Shown: in pieces, positions 18,858-28,997 of the stretch
Numbering within the stretch: the first letter of the stretch is position 1
How the letters are laid out: each line of letters begins with the position of its first letter
Assembly (NCBI GenBank): GCA_023554445.1
Contig: JAMJQQ010000026.1
Span: 5,549 to 69,548, forward strand
Direction: 5' to 3'
DNA from: Candidatus Carthagonibacter metallireducens
GTDB lineage: Bacteria > Gemmatimonadota > Gemmatimonadetes > Palauibacterales > Palauibacteraceae
DNA length: 64,000 nucleotides
The notes under the pieces: model-generated
What the model was told of the DNA's origin: nothing
Databases searched by the model: none
Seen by the model: only the letters and a program-made list of their open reading frames with translations
Made by a program: the position numbers and the translations under genes

Positions 18858-20341
18858 TCGCCGTGCTCCCCGGAGTTCTCTGCCGCTGCGTCCGATTCGT
18901 GTTCCGGCTCGACGTCTTCATCCTCGATCTTCGCACCGGCAGCACTCGGAGCTGCGAGCTCCCGCAGATCACGGGCCAGTCTGGCTGCCGTCTCCGCACC
19001 CTGATCGTCGATGCGGCTCGGGAAGTCGCCGAGTACGTACCGGTACTCCGAGAGCCACGGAACCGGCCTCTGGGCAGCCAGCACGGCGCGGACGAAACTC
19101 TCGCTGGCGAGGTCCATATCGAAGCCCGGGTCCGTCACCATTCCGTGGCTCAGATTGTATCGGCCCCCGATACTCGACATCTGTGCTGCCAGCGCTTCCT
19201 CCAGCTGAGAGCGCTCGGTCTCGCCGGCCCCGAAGCCGCCCTGCTCGGCGGCCCTGACGAGCACCTCGTCGGCCGCGAGTTCCATCAGGAAGTCGTAGGC
19301 TTCGTCCTCCGTCGCGGTCGCGAAGCGCTGCCGCAGGTCGGGGCGCACACGAAACAGGGTACGAAGGTCGTTCGCCGAGAGAGAACCATCTACGAACAGT
19401 GCCAGAGGCGCCGATCCGGAGATCGTTCCTTCCGCCATGTCCGATCGGGATGCAATGGAGATCGCCGCCGAGGGGGCGTCCTCGGGAATCGACCTCTGTC
19501 CGGCCGCCAGCAGGGAGTCCAGAGTTCGGATCTGGCTGGCTTGCGCCCGCTCCTCCACCATCCGTTCGTACGTCATGTCCCGGGCCGCCTCGAACTCCGG
19601 TTCACGCCGTTGCTCGACCCGGTAGATCACCATCGCGTCCGCGGTCGCGAACACCGGGCTGATCTCTCCGGGGCGCATCGCGAAGAGCGCGCTGTCGGCC
19701 ACGGGCGGCACCGACTCGTGACCCTGGTAGGCGAGTACTCGTCCCCGCTGTTCGGGCGCTTCGTCGCTGTGGGCTCGTGCCGCCTCCACGAAATCCGCGC
19801 CGCCGGCAAGGCGCTCCCTCAGTGCCGAGGCCTCGGCAAACAGGCTGTCGCGGGTGGCCTCGCTCGCGTCGAGCGGAACCTCGAGCGCGATCCGGCGGAG
19901 GTCGAGGCGGGTGAATGGCTGACGCGTGTCGAAATACTCGCGGACTTCCGCCTCGGTGGGTTCGGAATTGAGGCTCAGGATGCTGTCGCGGAACCGCTGG
20001 ACCGCCAGGGCCGCGAAGTAGCGACCCTCGTCCAGAAGTGGCGTATAGTCGACGCTCTGCGTCGAATCGGGATGTCGGTAGATCGTGGCGAGGGTCACGT
20101 AGTCGGCCCACAACTGGGCCACCTGGCTCGCTACTTCCGAGTCGAGTGCCGAGTCCGGGATGGGCGATTCGGCCATCATGCGGCCGAGCTCGCCGGTCGA
20201 CAGGCTGTGTCCCACCGCCGTGGCGGCCGGTCGCGAGTGTGCCGTAAGCGCGTCTTCGGCCGCCGAACAACCTGCGACCAGCAGGACGGCAAGGAGCGAA
20301 GGCAGAGCAGTGGTGGTTCGTTTCAGTCGCATGCGAGTCAT
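18854..20341 (-). CDS. SurA/PpiD-like periplasmic chaperone lipoprotein with a degenerate parvulin-like domain
   Basis: Lipobox LLVAGC. SurA_N-like helical region. The central ADFVEAARAHSDE...PGEISPVF...IYRVEQR resembles a parvulin fold without the usual GGDLG. Start is ATG 20341 or 20332, or TTG 20353. Confidence 0.6.
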   Translation of the reverse strand: MTRMRLKRTTTALPSLLAVLLVAGCSAAEDALTAHSRPAATAVGHSLSTGELGRMMAESPIPDSALDSEVASQVAQLWADYVTLATIYRHPDSTQSVDYTPLLDEGRYFAALAVQRFRDSILSLNSEPTEAEVREYFDTRQPFTRLDLRRIALEVPLDASEATRDSLFAEASALRERLAGGADFVEAARAHSDEAPEQRGRVLAYQGHESVPPVADSALFAMRPGEISPVFATADAMVIYRVEQRREPEFEAARDMTYERMVEERAQASQIRTLDSLLAAGQRSIPEDAPSAAISIASRSDMAEGTISGSAPLALFVDGSLSANDLRTLFRVRPDLRQRFATATEDEAYDFLMELAADEVLVRAAEQGGFGAGETERSQLEEALAAQMSSIGGRYNLSHGMVTDPGFDMDLASESFVRAVLAAQRPVPWLSEYRYVLGDFPSRIDDQGAETAARLARDLRELAAPSAAGAKIEDEDVEPEHESDAAAENSGEHGE

Positions 20342-20349
20342 GTATCCCG

Positions 20350-23300
20350 TCAAGAGTCGATCAGCAGTTCGAGGGCCTCGATCAGCGTCGGAGGAAGCGG
20401 CTCCACTCCGGCGCGGGCAAGCTTTAAGGATAACGGCTGGGTCCTGCGTACTTCAACTACGATCTGTCGATTCTCGAAAGCCCGGCTCAACTTCGCGAGC
20501 CTGGGCACGGCCTCCGGGCGAAAGTTGACGCGAGCGGAGGCGTCAGAGACGCTGATCCGCTCGATTCCCAGTCTCTCCGCCAGCAGCTTCAAACGGGCGG
20601 CGTTCAGCCAGCGATCCGCGGCGGCCGGGACGGGTCCGAATCGATCTTCGAGCTCTTCGCGAAGCGCATCGATATCGGCAGCCTCTTCCGCGCGTGCCAG
20701 CGTCCGGTACAGGTGAAGCTTCTGGTCGCTGCCCGCGATGTATTCGTCGGGCAGCAGCGCCTCACCGTCCACGGAAACCTGTGCCGGCGCCTTCTTCTCC
20801 TCCTCGACCTCACCCCTGAGCCGACGGACGGCTCGCTGCAGGAGCCTCTGGTAGGTATCGAATCCGACAGCGTGCGCGAAACCCGACTGGTCGCCGCCGA
20901 GAAGATTCCCGGCGCCTCGAAGCTGCAGGTCCTTCAGCGCGACCCTGTATCCGGATCCGAGCTCCGTGTGATGCTCCAGGATCCTGAGTCTCTGTACCGC
21001 ATCGGGCGTCGGATTCGGCGGCAGCAGCAGGTAGCAGTACGCGCGGTGATGCGACCGGCCGACGCGTCCGCGCAACTGGTACAGCTGTGCGAGGCCGAAA
21101 CGGTCGGCACGGTGCACGATCATCGTGTTGGCGGTAGGGACGTCGAGCCCGTTCTCGATGATCGAGGTAGAGACGAGAACATCGATCTCGCCGTCGAGGA
21201 GCTGATCCATGACGCTCTCCAGCTCCCGTTCGGGCATCTGCCCGTGTGCCACGGCGATCCGTGCATCGGGCACCAGGCTGCGTACCCGCTCGCCGATCGC
21301 TTCTATGGTCTCTATCCGATCGTGCACGAAGAACACCTGTCCGGCTCGATCCAGCTCCCGGCGCATCGCGTCCTGGAGAATGCCGTCACTCCAGGGCATG
21401 ACGTGGGTGATTACGGGCATCCTGTCTCTGGGGGCGGTCTCGATGAGCGACATGTCGCGCAGCCCACCGAGTGCCAGCTGAAGAGTGCGGGGAATCGGGG
21501 TCGCGGTAAGAGTGAGAACGTCGACGCTTCGCTTCAGTTCCTTGAGACGTTCCTTGTGGCGCACTCCGAATCGCTGCTCTTCGTCCACGACCAGCAGACC
21601 GAGGTCCCGGAACTCGACATCGGGCGACAGCAGGCGATGAGTGCCCACCACCACGTCGATATGTCCGCTGGCGAGGCGCTGCAGCGTTTCCGTCTGCTCG
21701 GACGGGGTGCGAAGTCGGGAGAGTGCCTCGATTTCGACGGGAAAACCTGCCAGGCGCTCTCGGAAGGTGTGCAGGTGCTGTTCGACCAGAATCGTCGTCG
21801 GAGCGAGCACCGCCGCCTGCTTCCCGTCCTGTACCGCCTTGAACGCGGCACGAATCGCGATCTCCGTTTTGCCATAGCCCACATCGCCGCAGACGAGCCG
21901 GTCCATGATCCGGGGGGCGATCATGTCCGAACGCACATCTTCCCAGGCTTTTCGCTGGTCGGGCGTATCCTCGTAGAGGAACGAGGACTCCATCTCCCGC
22001 TGCCAGCGCGTGTCCTCGGGATAGGCGTGTCCGTGCGTCACCTCACGATGTGCGTAGAGGTCGAGCAGCTCGGTCGCCATCGCCCGGATCGCCTCCTCCG
22101 TTCTCGATTTCAGCTGCTTCCAGCGCTTGCCGCCGATCTTGTGGACCTGGGGTGGCCGGACAGGATCATCGCCGTCTCCGATCCCGGTCCACTTCTCGAT
22201 CATGTCGATCCTGTAGTGCGGCAGCCGCAGGATGCCTCCGTCGGCGTACTCGATCTTGAGCGTCTCGATCGTCTCGTCGCCGACAGTGACACGCTCGATC
22301 CCGTCGTACCTCCCGATCCCGTGATCCATGTGAACCACGTAGTCTCCGGGCGATAACGAGGCGACCGACTCGAGCGAAGCGACTCCGTGCAGGGTGCGAC
22401 CACGGCGTACGCGATGGGATCGCTGAAAGACCTCGTGATCGGTCAGCACGAGCAGCGGCCCGGGGCCCGGTATCCGCATACCGCCGCTCAGAGAACCGAG
22501 CGCGAGCTCGACCTCGCGCAGGATCCGCCCGCCCGCGAGGTCCTCGAGGATTTCCTGCAGGCGCTCGAGCTGTCCCTGGTTGTCACACAGGAGGAGGACG
22601 CCCTCTCCGGCACGGACCGCCTCCTCGATCTCGGCCACGAGCGCCTTCATGTTGCGGTCGATCGCGGGAGGCGGGCGAATGCCCAGGTCGATACTCGGCT
22701 CGCCTGGAAGCGGTTCGGCGTCGTGGGTCCCGACGCGGACGCGCCGCAGCCCATCGAACGCTCGCTCCACGTCCACAGGCGGCAGCACCAGGTCGGCCGC
22801 CGATCGTCGCCCCCCCGGTGCGTCGGTGCCCCAGGCGTCGCGGACATCCTTCCAGAGTCGCAGGCGCCGCGCGTCCGAGCCCGAATCGCCCACTTCTACG
22901 ACGATCGAATCCTCGGGCAGCAATTCGAGCAGACAGCGGCGCTCCCAGGTGACGCCCATTTCCTCGAATTGACCTGGATCCAGCGATACGGGAAGAACTT
23001 CGGCGTCCTCGTGCCGCTCGACGGAACGCTGAGACAGCAGGTCGAAGCTCCTGATCGAGGCGATTTCGTCGTCCCACAGCTCGACCCTGATCGGAAGGTC
23101 ACTGCCGAACGGGAACAGGTCGACGATCCCTCCGCGAACCGCGAAGTCGCCCAGTTCCTGCACCGAATCGCTGGCGGTGAAGCCCATCCGCGAGAGGCGC
23201 TCGGCCAGCTGTGCGCGCGACCACTTCTCGCCTTGCCGCAGGAACAGCGAGAAGTCCTCGCCCCTGACCGCTACCGGGCTCCGCTCGACCAGACCCCGCG

Positions 23301-23658
23301 CCGTCGTCACCAACAGCCGCGTCTTTCCCGCCAGCAATGCCGAGAACGCGTCCACCCGCTGGCTGGTGATTTCCACGTGCGGGTCGGCGAACTCGAAGGG
23401 AAGAGTCTCTCGCTGCGGCAGCAGGCGGGCATCATCGATACCTGCGCCGGTGACCAGATCCGCCATCGCGGACTCGGCCAGCGATGGCGTGTCGTGGACG
23501 AGGACCAGGGGCACTCCGGAAGACCGGGCGAGGCTGGCCGCGAGCAGAGAGGGCGCGGCTCCCGGACAACCGGTCACCCGCAGAGATTCACCCGGGTGTG
23601 GCAGGAGTCCGTCGAACTCCAGTTCTGCGAGCAATGCGGCAAGACTGGAGGAAATCAT
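20350..23658 (-). CDS. mfd: Transcription-repair coupling factor
   Basis: 1102 aa. CarD-like [17 protein letters not shown], helicase Walker [25 protein letters not shown], and the TRG region [13 protein letters not shown]...QLRGRVGRS. Confidence 0.95.
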   Translation of the reverse strand: MISSSLAALLAELEFDGLLPHPGESLRVTGCPGAAPSLLAASLARSSGVPLVLVHDTPSLAESAMADLVTGAGIDDARLLPQRETLPFEFADPHVEITSQRVDAFSALLAGKTRLLVTTARGLVERSPVAVRGEDFSLFLRQGEKWSRAQLAERLSRMGFTASDSVQELGDFAVRGGIVDLFPFGSDLPIRVELWDDEIASIRSFDLLSQRSVERHEDAEVLPVSLDPGQFEEMGVTWERRCLLELLPEDSIVVEVGDSGSDARRLRLWKDVRDAWGTDAPGGRRSAADLVLPPVDVERAFDGLRRVRVGTHDAEPLPGEPSIDLGIRPPPAIDRNMKALVAEIEEAVRAGEGVLLLCDNQGQLERLQEILEDLAGGRILREVELALGSLSGGMRIPGPGPLLVLTDHEVFQRSHRVRRGRTLHGVASLESVASLSPGDYVVHMDHGIGRYDGIERVTVGDETIETLKIEYADGGILRLPHYRIDMIEKWTGIGDGDDPVRPPQVHKIGGKRWKQLKSRTEEAIRAMATELLDLYAHREVTHGHAYPEDTRWQREMESSFLYEDTPDQRKAWEDVRSDMIAPRIMDRLVCGDVGYGKTEIAIRAAFKAVQDGKQAAVLAPTTILVEQHLHTFRERLAGFPVEIEALSRLRTPSEQTETLQRLASGHIDVVVGTHRLLSPDVEFRDLGLLVVDEEQRFGVRHKERLKELKRSVDVLTLTATPIPRTLQLALGGLRDMSLIETAPRDRMPVITHVMPWSDGILQDAMRRELDRAGQVFFVHDRIETIEAIGERVRSLVPDARIAVAHGQMPERELESVMDQLLDGEIDVLVSTSIIENGLDVPTANTMIVHRADRFGLAQLYQLRGRVGRSHHRAYCYLLLPPNPTPDAVQRLRILEHHTELGSGYRVALKDLQLRGAGNLLGGDQSGFAHAVGFDTYQRLLQRAVRRLRGEVEEEKKAPAQVSVDGEALLPDEYIAGSDQKLHLYRTLARAEEAADIDALREELEDRFGPVPAAADRWLNAARLKLLAERLGIERISVSDASARVNFRPEAVPRLAKLSRAFENRQIVVEVRRTQPLSLKLARAGVEPLPPTLIEALELLIDS

Positions 23659-25649
23659 CCGCCCGTCCCGGCTGGCTCATGCCCGTCGGCTCTGGTCGCG
23701 CGGGGCCGCCGCGCCCCCGAGAGCCAGGTCTCCACAGCCATGAGGACGAGTGCCACGGCCAGGACGAAGGCAGTGATGTTTCGGCCTCGTCGTGCGGCGA
23801 AGATCTCGTCGGGCCAGCTGTCCCCCGAGCTCACCCGCAGGTCGCGCGCAGATCCGATGGCGGATGCCAGTCCGTCGGTGTCCAGTGTCGCGGGATTCGA
23901 CTCGGCTGCGGGCACGTTGACACCCACGAACCGGGTGTCCCGGCCGGTGTCCGAACGCACCGCAATGCGCCACGCACCGGCGATTCTCGGACGCCAGGGA
24001 GCTCCTCCTTCCACATGGACAGGGGGACCATCCGGTCCGGCGAGGGAGTCTGCGCGTGACGGGAGCGTCGTTTCCTCGCCGGCCTCGAGAGATCCGCCAG
24101 GGTCGCCGGGTCGTGACCATCTGCTGACCAGTGCGTCGACGAATTCGATCATTCCGACACTGGCAGGAAGAGTCGTGGCTTCGGGAACGAGTGCCGAGCC
24201 GATCAACAGGTACACCCCCGTCTCCGGAGCCCGGCCGCGAACCAGCCATGCTTCTCCGTCGGCGGTTCGGAGAATCACCGAGTCCACGGGGGTCGATGGC
24301 GCGACTCCCGGCTGCAGAAGATACCGTCGCGTCACGGTCTCGCCGGTGACGACGGGGATTCCAGCGTCCGCCAGCCGGAGCACTCCCGCGGCAGGATCCG
24401 GTTCGGCTCTCCAGGGAATACCGAGACTTGCCAGCTCACGATTGAATGCAGCGAGCTGCAGTTGATCGGAAGGGGGAACCAGGATTCGCGCCGCCGGTCT
24501 GTCGGGGACCCCGGGCTCACGGTACGGCGCCCCGGCCACCTGTATGACCACGTCGGTCCGACCCGTTCCCAGCCGGACCCGGCCGTCGGCCTCGAGCGTC
24601 TCGATCGCCTTACCGATGAATTCGCCGTCGGAATCCGAATCTCCGACGAGCCGGACTCCTGCCGGCCGTGCGACCCTGATACCGATCTGCCGTCCATCGT
24701 CGGCCCGCAGTCCGGTCGGATCGATCTCGACACGAACGACGTGAGATCCCGGATCTGGTGCAGGAATGGAGAACGAAACGTCCGTGCCCCAGTTCGCGGT
24801 GCGGATAGCTGCCGTCCGTCCATCGACCAGCAACCTCGCCTCTGGCGCCGCATCAACCGTTTCGTCTTCCGGGGATCTCGAGCCTCCGGAGTCGGATTCG
24901 GCTTCGATCCGGGCCGTCACGGTCAGCGATGCGCCCGGCGGCACCGGATGCGACGGTCCGACCGACAGGGATGCCACCCGACCGTTCCGATTTCCATCCG
25001 GCGCGACCTGCATCACCCGGACTGCCCAGCCGTCATCGATCTCGGCACGTCCCGCGAAGGAGCCGGCCTGCAGATCGGTGAAGATGTGCAGTTCCCTGGC
25101 CCTGCCCGGGCTGGCGGGAATGGCCGAAGCAGCGGTGCGTATGGCGAGAGCCAGCGACGCCCCCGCGTCGGAGGGGCGGATCGCCGGCAGCAGTCGGGCT
25201 GCCTCGTCGGCACTGCCGCCGGCAACGACGATTCCATCGACAGCCGAAAGCAGCCACACGCGATCCTGAGGCGTTGCATGCGAAAGCGACACCGCCAGCG
25301 CCTGACGCGCCGACTCCAGCAAGGTGCGCCCATCGCTGAGCCGGTCCATGCTGGCGGTGTTGTCCAGAGCCAGGACCAGGTCCGTCGGGCGGTGACTGCG
25401 GGCGTCGCCGGTCCCGATCAACGGTTGCGCCGCGGCTAAAGCGAGCAGCGCTACGATTCCCACGCGTGCAGCGACCAACATCCGGTCGCGGATCCGCATG
25501 GAGCGCGCGCTCTCGCGCTGCGCCGACTGCAGGTACCGCAGAGAGGGAAACGGTACTCGTCGGTCGGTCTCCCGCCGGACGAGGTGCAGAAGCAGCGGGA
25601 TGACGGTGAGACCCGCCAGTGCCAGGGCAGCAGGGAAGAGAAAGCTCAA
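23655..25649 (-). CDS. BatA-type membrane protein with a von Willebrand factor A domain
   Basis: N-terminal double-TM BatA-like segment SFLFPAALALAGLTVIPLLLHLVRR. MIDAS-like LALDNTASM. A TTG start at 25649 gives a TTGA overlap with the DUF58 stop; the ORF is open to 25745. Confidence 0.75.
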   Translation of the reverse strand: MSFLFPAALALAGLTVIPLLLHLVRRETDRRVPFPSLRYLQSAQRESARSMRIRDRMLVAARVGIVALLALAAAQPLIGTGDARSHRPTDLVLALDNTASMDRLSDGRTLLESARQALAVSLSHATPQDRVWLLSAVDGIVVAGGSADEAARLLPAIRPSDAGASLALAIRTAASAIPASPGRARELHIFTDLQAGSFAGRAEIDDGWAVRVMQVAPDGNRNGRVASLSVGPSHPVPPGASLTVTARIEAESDSGGSRSPEDETVDAAPEARLLVDGRTAAIRTANWGTDVSFSIPAPDPGSHVVRVEIDPTGLRADDGRQIGIRVARPAGVRLVGDSDSDGEFIGKAIETLEADGRVRLGTGRTDVVIQVAGAPYREPGVPDRPAARILVPPSDQLQLAAFNRELASLGIPWRAEPDPAAGVLRLADAGIPVVTGETVTRRYLLQPGVAPSTPVDSVILRTADGEAWLVRGRAPETGVYLLIGSALVPEATTLPASVGMIEFVDALVSRWSRPGDPGGSLEAGEETTLPSRADSLAGPDGPPVHVEGGAPWRPRIAGAWRIAVRSDTGRDTRFVGVNVPAAESNPATLDTDGLASAIGSARDLRVSSGDSWPDEIFAARRGRNITAFVLAVALVLMAVETWLSGARRPRATRADGHEPAGTGG

Positions 25650-26581
25650 CCGAGTCGGGCCCGCTTCTGGAGGAAGTGCCCGAGACCGACTCCGAGTGGC
25701 GTGTCGGTGATCAGCAGGTGGTAGTCCGCTCCCATGCGGCGACACTCACTGCGCCACCGGGCTACCGCGTCTTCTACCGCCGCTGCGTACTCCGCGCGAA
25801 GCGCCGCCGAACTCGTACGCAGCTCCTCGCCGGTTTCGGGATCGAAGAACACGGCGTCGCCGGCGGCCGGCAACTCGCGCTCGCCGGGGTCCATGAGGTG
25901 CAGAACGATCACCTCGTGTCCGCGGTGCCGCAGGAAATGCAGCGCGCGACGCGTACCTTCCGCGTCTACCAGGAGGTCCGAGATCAGGACTACCAGGCCC
26001 CGCCTTCGCAGCCGGATTGCGACGTCCCGAATCGCCGTTCCGGCCTCGCTGCCACCGTCGCCTTCCAGCGCCACGAGCTCGCGGAGAATCGTGGCCAGGT
26101 GACGACGGGAGGCCCTGGGAGGCAGGTGGGTGCGGACACTTTCATCGTAAGCGACGAATCCGGTTGCGTCTCCCTGCCGAAGCAGAAGATTGGACAGCGA
26201 TGCCGCGATGAGCCGGCCATAGTCCAGTTTCGAGAAGCCGCTCATGACCGGCGATGACCAGCGCATGGAACGGCTCGTGTCGAGCACGAGATATGCCCGG
26301 AGATTCGTCTCCTCTTCGAACTGCTTCAGGTACCATCGATCGGATCGAGCGTACATTCGCCAGTCGAGAAAACGAATGTCGTCGCCCGGGTAGTACGGCC
26401 GGTTCTCTGCGAATTCCACCGAAAATCCGCGATGCGGAGAGCGGTGGAGCCCGATCAGGAATCCTTCCACCACGGTTCGGGCGATGAGCTCGAGACGCCC
26501 GGGGTCGTAGAATTCGGACGGGTTCTTCAGGTCGGGCCGCGAACGGCTGCCGTCCCCGGTCAGGCTCCCGGACACAGCCAT
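25646..26581 (-). CDS. DUF58 domain protein (VWA-like, MoxR-system associated family)
   Basis: HRSPHRGFSVEFAENRPYYPGDDIRFLDWRMYARSDRWYLKQFEEETN is the DUF58 signature. Start at MAVSGS; the upstream part of the listed ORF (to 27208) is antisense to the M28 gene. Confidence 0.85.
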   Translation of the reverse strand: MAVSGSLTGDGSRSRPDLKNPSEFYDPGRLELIARTVVEGFLIGLHRSPHRGFSVEFAENRPYYPGDDIRFLDWRMYARSDRWYLKQFEEETNLRAYLVLDTSRSMRWSSPVMSGFSKLDYGRLIAASLSNLLLRQGDATGFVAYDESVRTHLPPRASRRHLATILRELVALEGDGGSEAGTAIRDVAIRLRRRGLVVLISDLLVDAEGTRRALHFLRHRGHEVIVLHLMDPGERELPAAGDAVFFDPETGEELRTSSAALRAEYAAAVEDAVARWRSECRRMGADYHLLITDTPLGVGLGHFLQKRARLG

Positions 26582-26794
26582 TCGGGCCCGCCGGGTGTTT
26601 GGGACATCGATGCGGTCATAATGCTCGGGCGGTTCCGCACGCCTCGGTGGCCGGAAACGGTCGTCGAGCGGGCAACACCCGCCGGGCTGTGGAGTACACA
26701 CCCGGATCGAGCGCGTGTTCCGGATTGGCCACACGCGGCGACGAAAAAGGGCCGACCCGGGAACGGGGGTCCGAACGATCAAGGAGTCGAGGGA

Positions 26795-28309
26795 ATGAAG
26801 GGAAAGGGAATGGTCGGGAGAGGGTCGAACTTCACCAGCGGGGTCGTGGCCCTGCTCCTTGCATGCACGGGTACTCTCTCGGCGCAGATGGCGCCGTCGC
26901 ACTCGTCCGCAGCTCGGGACGCTGCGGCGACGATCACCGTTGCCGACATGCAGATTCACATGGGCGTGATCGCGCATGATTCGATGCGAGGCCGGGACAC
27001 CCCGAGTCCCGAGTTGATGAAGACGGCCCGGTACGTGGCCGATCGATTCGAGGAATTCGGGCTGAAGCCCGGAAACGGTGAGTCCTATCTGCAGCTCTAT
27101 CCCATCTCCTCGATCGTCCCCGCCGGGCCCGAGGATCACGGGCTGGTACTCAAGGGTCCGGTAGGCGAGACGGAGCTCGTCTACGGAGAGCAGTTCTTCA
27201 CCTTGCACGACGCGCGCCTCTCAGAGGGCGAAGGCCCGCTCATGGTAGCAGACATCGCCGAGGACTTCGGTGACGTGGACGGCAGGATCGTAACGGTGTT
27301 GCTCACGGCGGAGAACATCCGCCCCGTGTTGCGGGGAGGACTGGCGGAGAAGCTCGGACCTCACGATCCGGCCGGCGTGCTCGTCGTACTGGACATTCCG
27401 CAGAATTTCTTCGATCAGCTCAAGCGTTTCCTCAGCAGCACACAGACCCGAGTAGGAGAGGTGGATGACACCTCCTTCCCTGCCGCGTTCGTAGCCTTGT
27501 CCTCTCTGCCGGCGGACCTGGCAGCCGCCGTATCAGCAGGAGAACCGGCAGAGGGGTGGTCGGCAGAAGTGCGGTCGGAAGCCGACGTGAACGTGGAGGA
27601 GGCGCCCAATACGATCGGCTGGCTGGAGGGCTCCGACCCCGAGCTGAAGAACGAGTACGTCGTGCTGACCGCACACATGGACCATGTGGGAGTGGGACGG
27701 CCGGTGGATGGAGACTCCATCTACAACGGTGCGGATGACGATGCATCGGGCACGGTCACGATCATCGAGCTTGCGCAGGCGTTTGCCGCGCTTCCCGAGG
27801 CACCCCGGCGATCGATGGTGTTCATGACCGTCAGCGGAGAAGAGAAGGGGCTTCTGGGTTCGGGCTGGTATGCCGATCACCCCACCTTCCCGCTCGCGCA
27901 GACGGTCGCCAACCTGAACATGGACATGGTCGGCAGGAACTGGACTGACACGATCGTAGCGATCGGCAAAGAGGAATCGACGCTCGGTCCGCTCGTGGAG
28001 CGTGTTTCGGAGGAGCACCCGGAACTGGACATGGCGGTGATCGATGATATCTGGCCCGAGGAGGGCTTCTACTCGAGATCGGACCACTACAACTTCGCGC
28101 GCAACGGAGTGCCGGTTCTCTTCTTCTTCAACGGAACGCACGACGACTATCACAAGCCGTCCGATCACGCGGACAGGATCGCATATGACAAAATGTCACG
28201 CATCGGCCGGCTCGTCTTCTACACGGGATACGAGGTGGCCAACGCGGATGACCGTCCGGCGTGGGACGCCGCGGCGTACGGGCGGGTGGTGGAACAGGCC
28301 TCGGAGTGA
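26795..28309 (+). CDS. Secreted M28-family aminopeptidase
   Basis: Signal peptide. Zinc-site pattern HMDHVG, GADDDASG, SGEEKGLLGS, DHY..HKPSD. ATG follows AAGGAG. Confidence 0.85.
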   Translation: MKGKGMVGRGSNFTSGVVALLLACTGTLSAQMAPSHSSAARDAAATITVADMQIHMGVIAHDSMRGRDTPSPELMKTARYVADRFEEFGLKPGNGESYLQLYPISSIVPAGPEDHGLVLKGPVGETELVYGEQFFTLHDARLSEGEGPLMVADIAEDFGDVDGRIVTVLLTAENIRPVLRGGLAEKLGPHDPAGVLVVLDIPQNFFDQLKRFLSSTQTRVGEVDDTSFPAAFVALSSLPADLAAAVSAGEPAEGWSAEVRSEADVNVEEAPNTIGWLEGSDPELKNEYVVLTAHMDHVGVGRPVDGDSIYNGADDDASGTVTIIELAQAFAALPEAPRRSMVFMTVSGEEKGLLGSGWYADHPTFPLAQTVANLNMDMVGRNWTDTIVAIGKEESTLGPLVERVSEEHPELDMAVIDDIWPEEGFYSRSDHYNFARNGVPVLFFFNGTHDDYHKPSDHADRIAYDKMSRIGRLVFYTGYEVANADDRPAWDAAAYGRVVEQASE

Positions 28310-28332
28310 CGCGACGAAGTGACGCCGGTTCG

Positions 28333-28361
28333 TTGTAGATCTGCAGCGGGGCGTCTAGATT
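28333..28361 (+). promoter_or_regulatory. Candidate promoter of ytxH (TTGTAG-N17-TAGATT)
   Basis: Hexamers at 28333-28338 and 28356-28361, 43 nt upstream of the ATG. The -10 lies inside an 11-mer shared with the smpB upstream region. Confidence 0.25.
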
Positions 28362-28403
28362 GAATCGATCGACGAACCTCGGGCCTCAGCCTGGAGCGAC
28401 AAG

Positions 28404-28910
28404 ATGCCTGACAGAAGAGACGAAGTGCCTTACGTGGTAGTGGAGAAGCGAGGCTCGGGCCTGGGAGCCTTCCTCGGCGGAGCGATTGCAGGCGCTCTCG
28501 TGGCCCTGCTTTACACACCGCGAACGGGCGATGAGACGAAGCGCGAGATCCGGGAAGGATTGGCGCGACTTCGCGAGGATGCGGACCACCGGTTCAGTCT
28601 GCTTCGCACCGAAGTCGAGGACCGGTACGATCGTGTCCGAGAAGAGGTCGGAGAGCGGATCGAACAGGCGCGTGGCGATGTCAAGCATCGCAAGATCCAG
28701 GCGGAGGAGGCCGTGAAGGCCGGCCGGGCGGCCGCCAAGAAGGCACGCGCCGAGCTCGAAGAGCGCCTCGCCGATTCGAAGGAGAGCTACAGCCGCAGCG
28801 TCGAGGAGCTGGCTGAGACCGCGGAAGTCGACGTCGAGGAGGCCAAGAAGGTCGTGAAGCGGGCCGTGAAGGACGTCAAGAAGGCCGTCAGCGAGGCCGT
28901 CGAGGACTGA
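28404..28910 (+). CDS. YtxH domain-containing protein
   Basis: GAFLGGAIAGALVALLYTPRTGDETKREIREG followed by a charged helical tail. Confidence 0.8.
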   Translation: MPDRRDEVPYVVVEKRGSGLGAFLGGAIAGALVALLYTPRTGDETKREIREGLARLREDADHRFSLLRTEVEDRYDRVREEVGERIEQARGDVKHRKIQAEEAVKAGRAAAKKARAELEERLADSKESYSRSVEELAETAEVDVEEAKKVVKRAVKDVKKAVSEAVED

Positions 28911-28997
28911 GCCCTGCCGCTCGACCAGACGCCGATAGGGAGCGGTCCGCGCAGGATTCCCGGATTCGGCAGCGGAGTTCGAGGCGGTCTCGAGTTC

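Noticed and set aside
26617-26622. CATAAT -10-like hexamer in the DUF58/M28 divergent region
   Set aside because: There is no acceptable -35 at 16-18 nt, and it lies 170 nt from the M28 start. The support is too weak to annotate as a promoter.
26582-27208. N-terminal extensions of several listed ORFs: 25646-27208, 13640-15271, 50105-52669, 26432-28309, 39439-41571, 48916-50115, 54662-55777, 47229-49232
   Set aside because: The homologous or signal-peptide-bearing part starts at an internal ATG with an SD or a start/stop overlap. The extensions overlap neighbouring real genes or intergenic DNA and have no protein-like composition.
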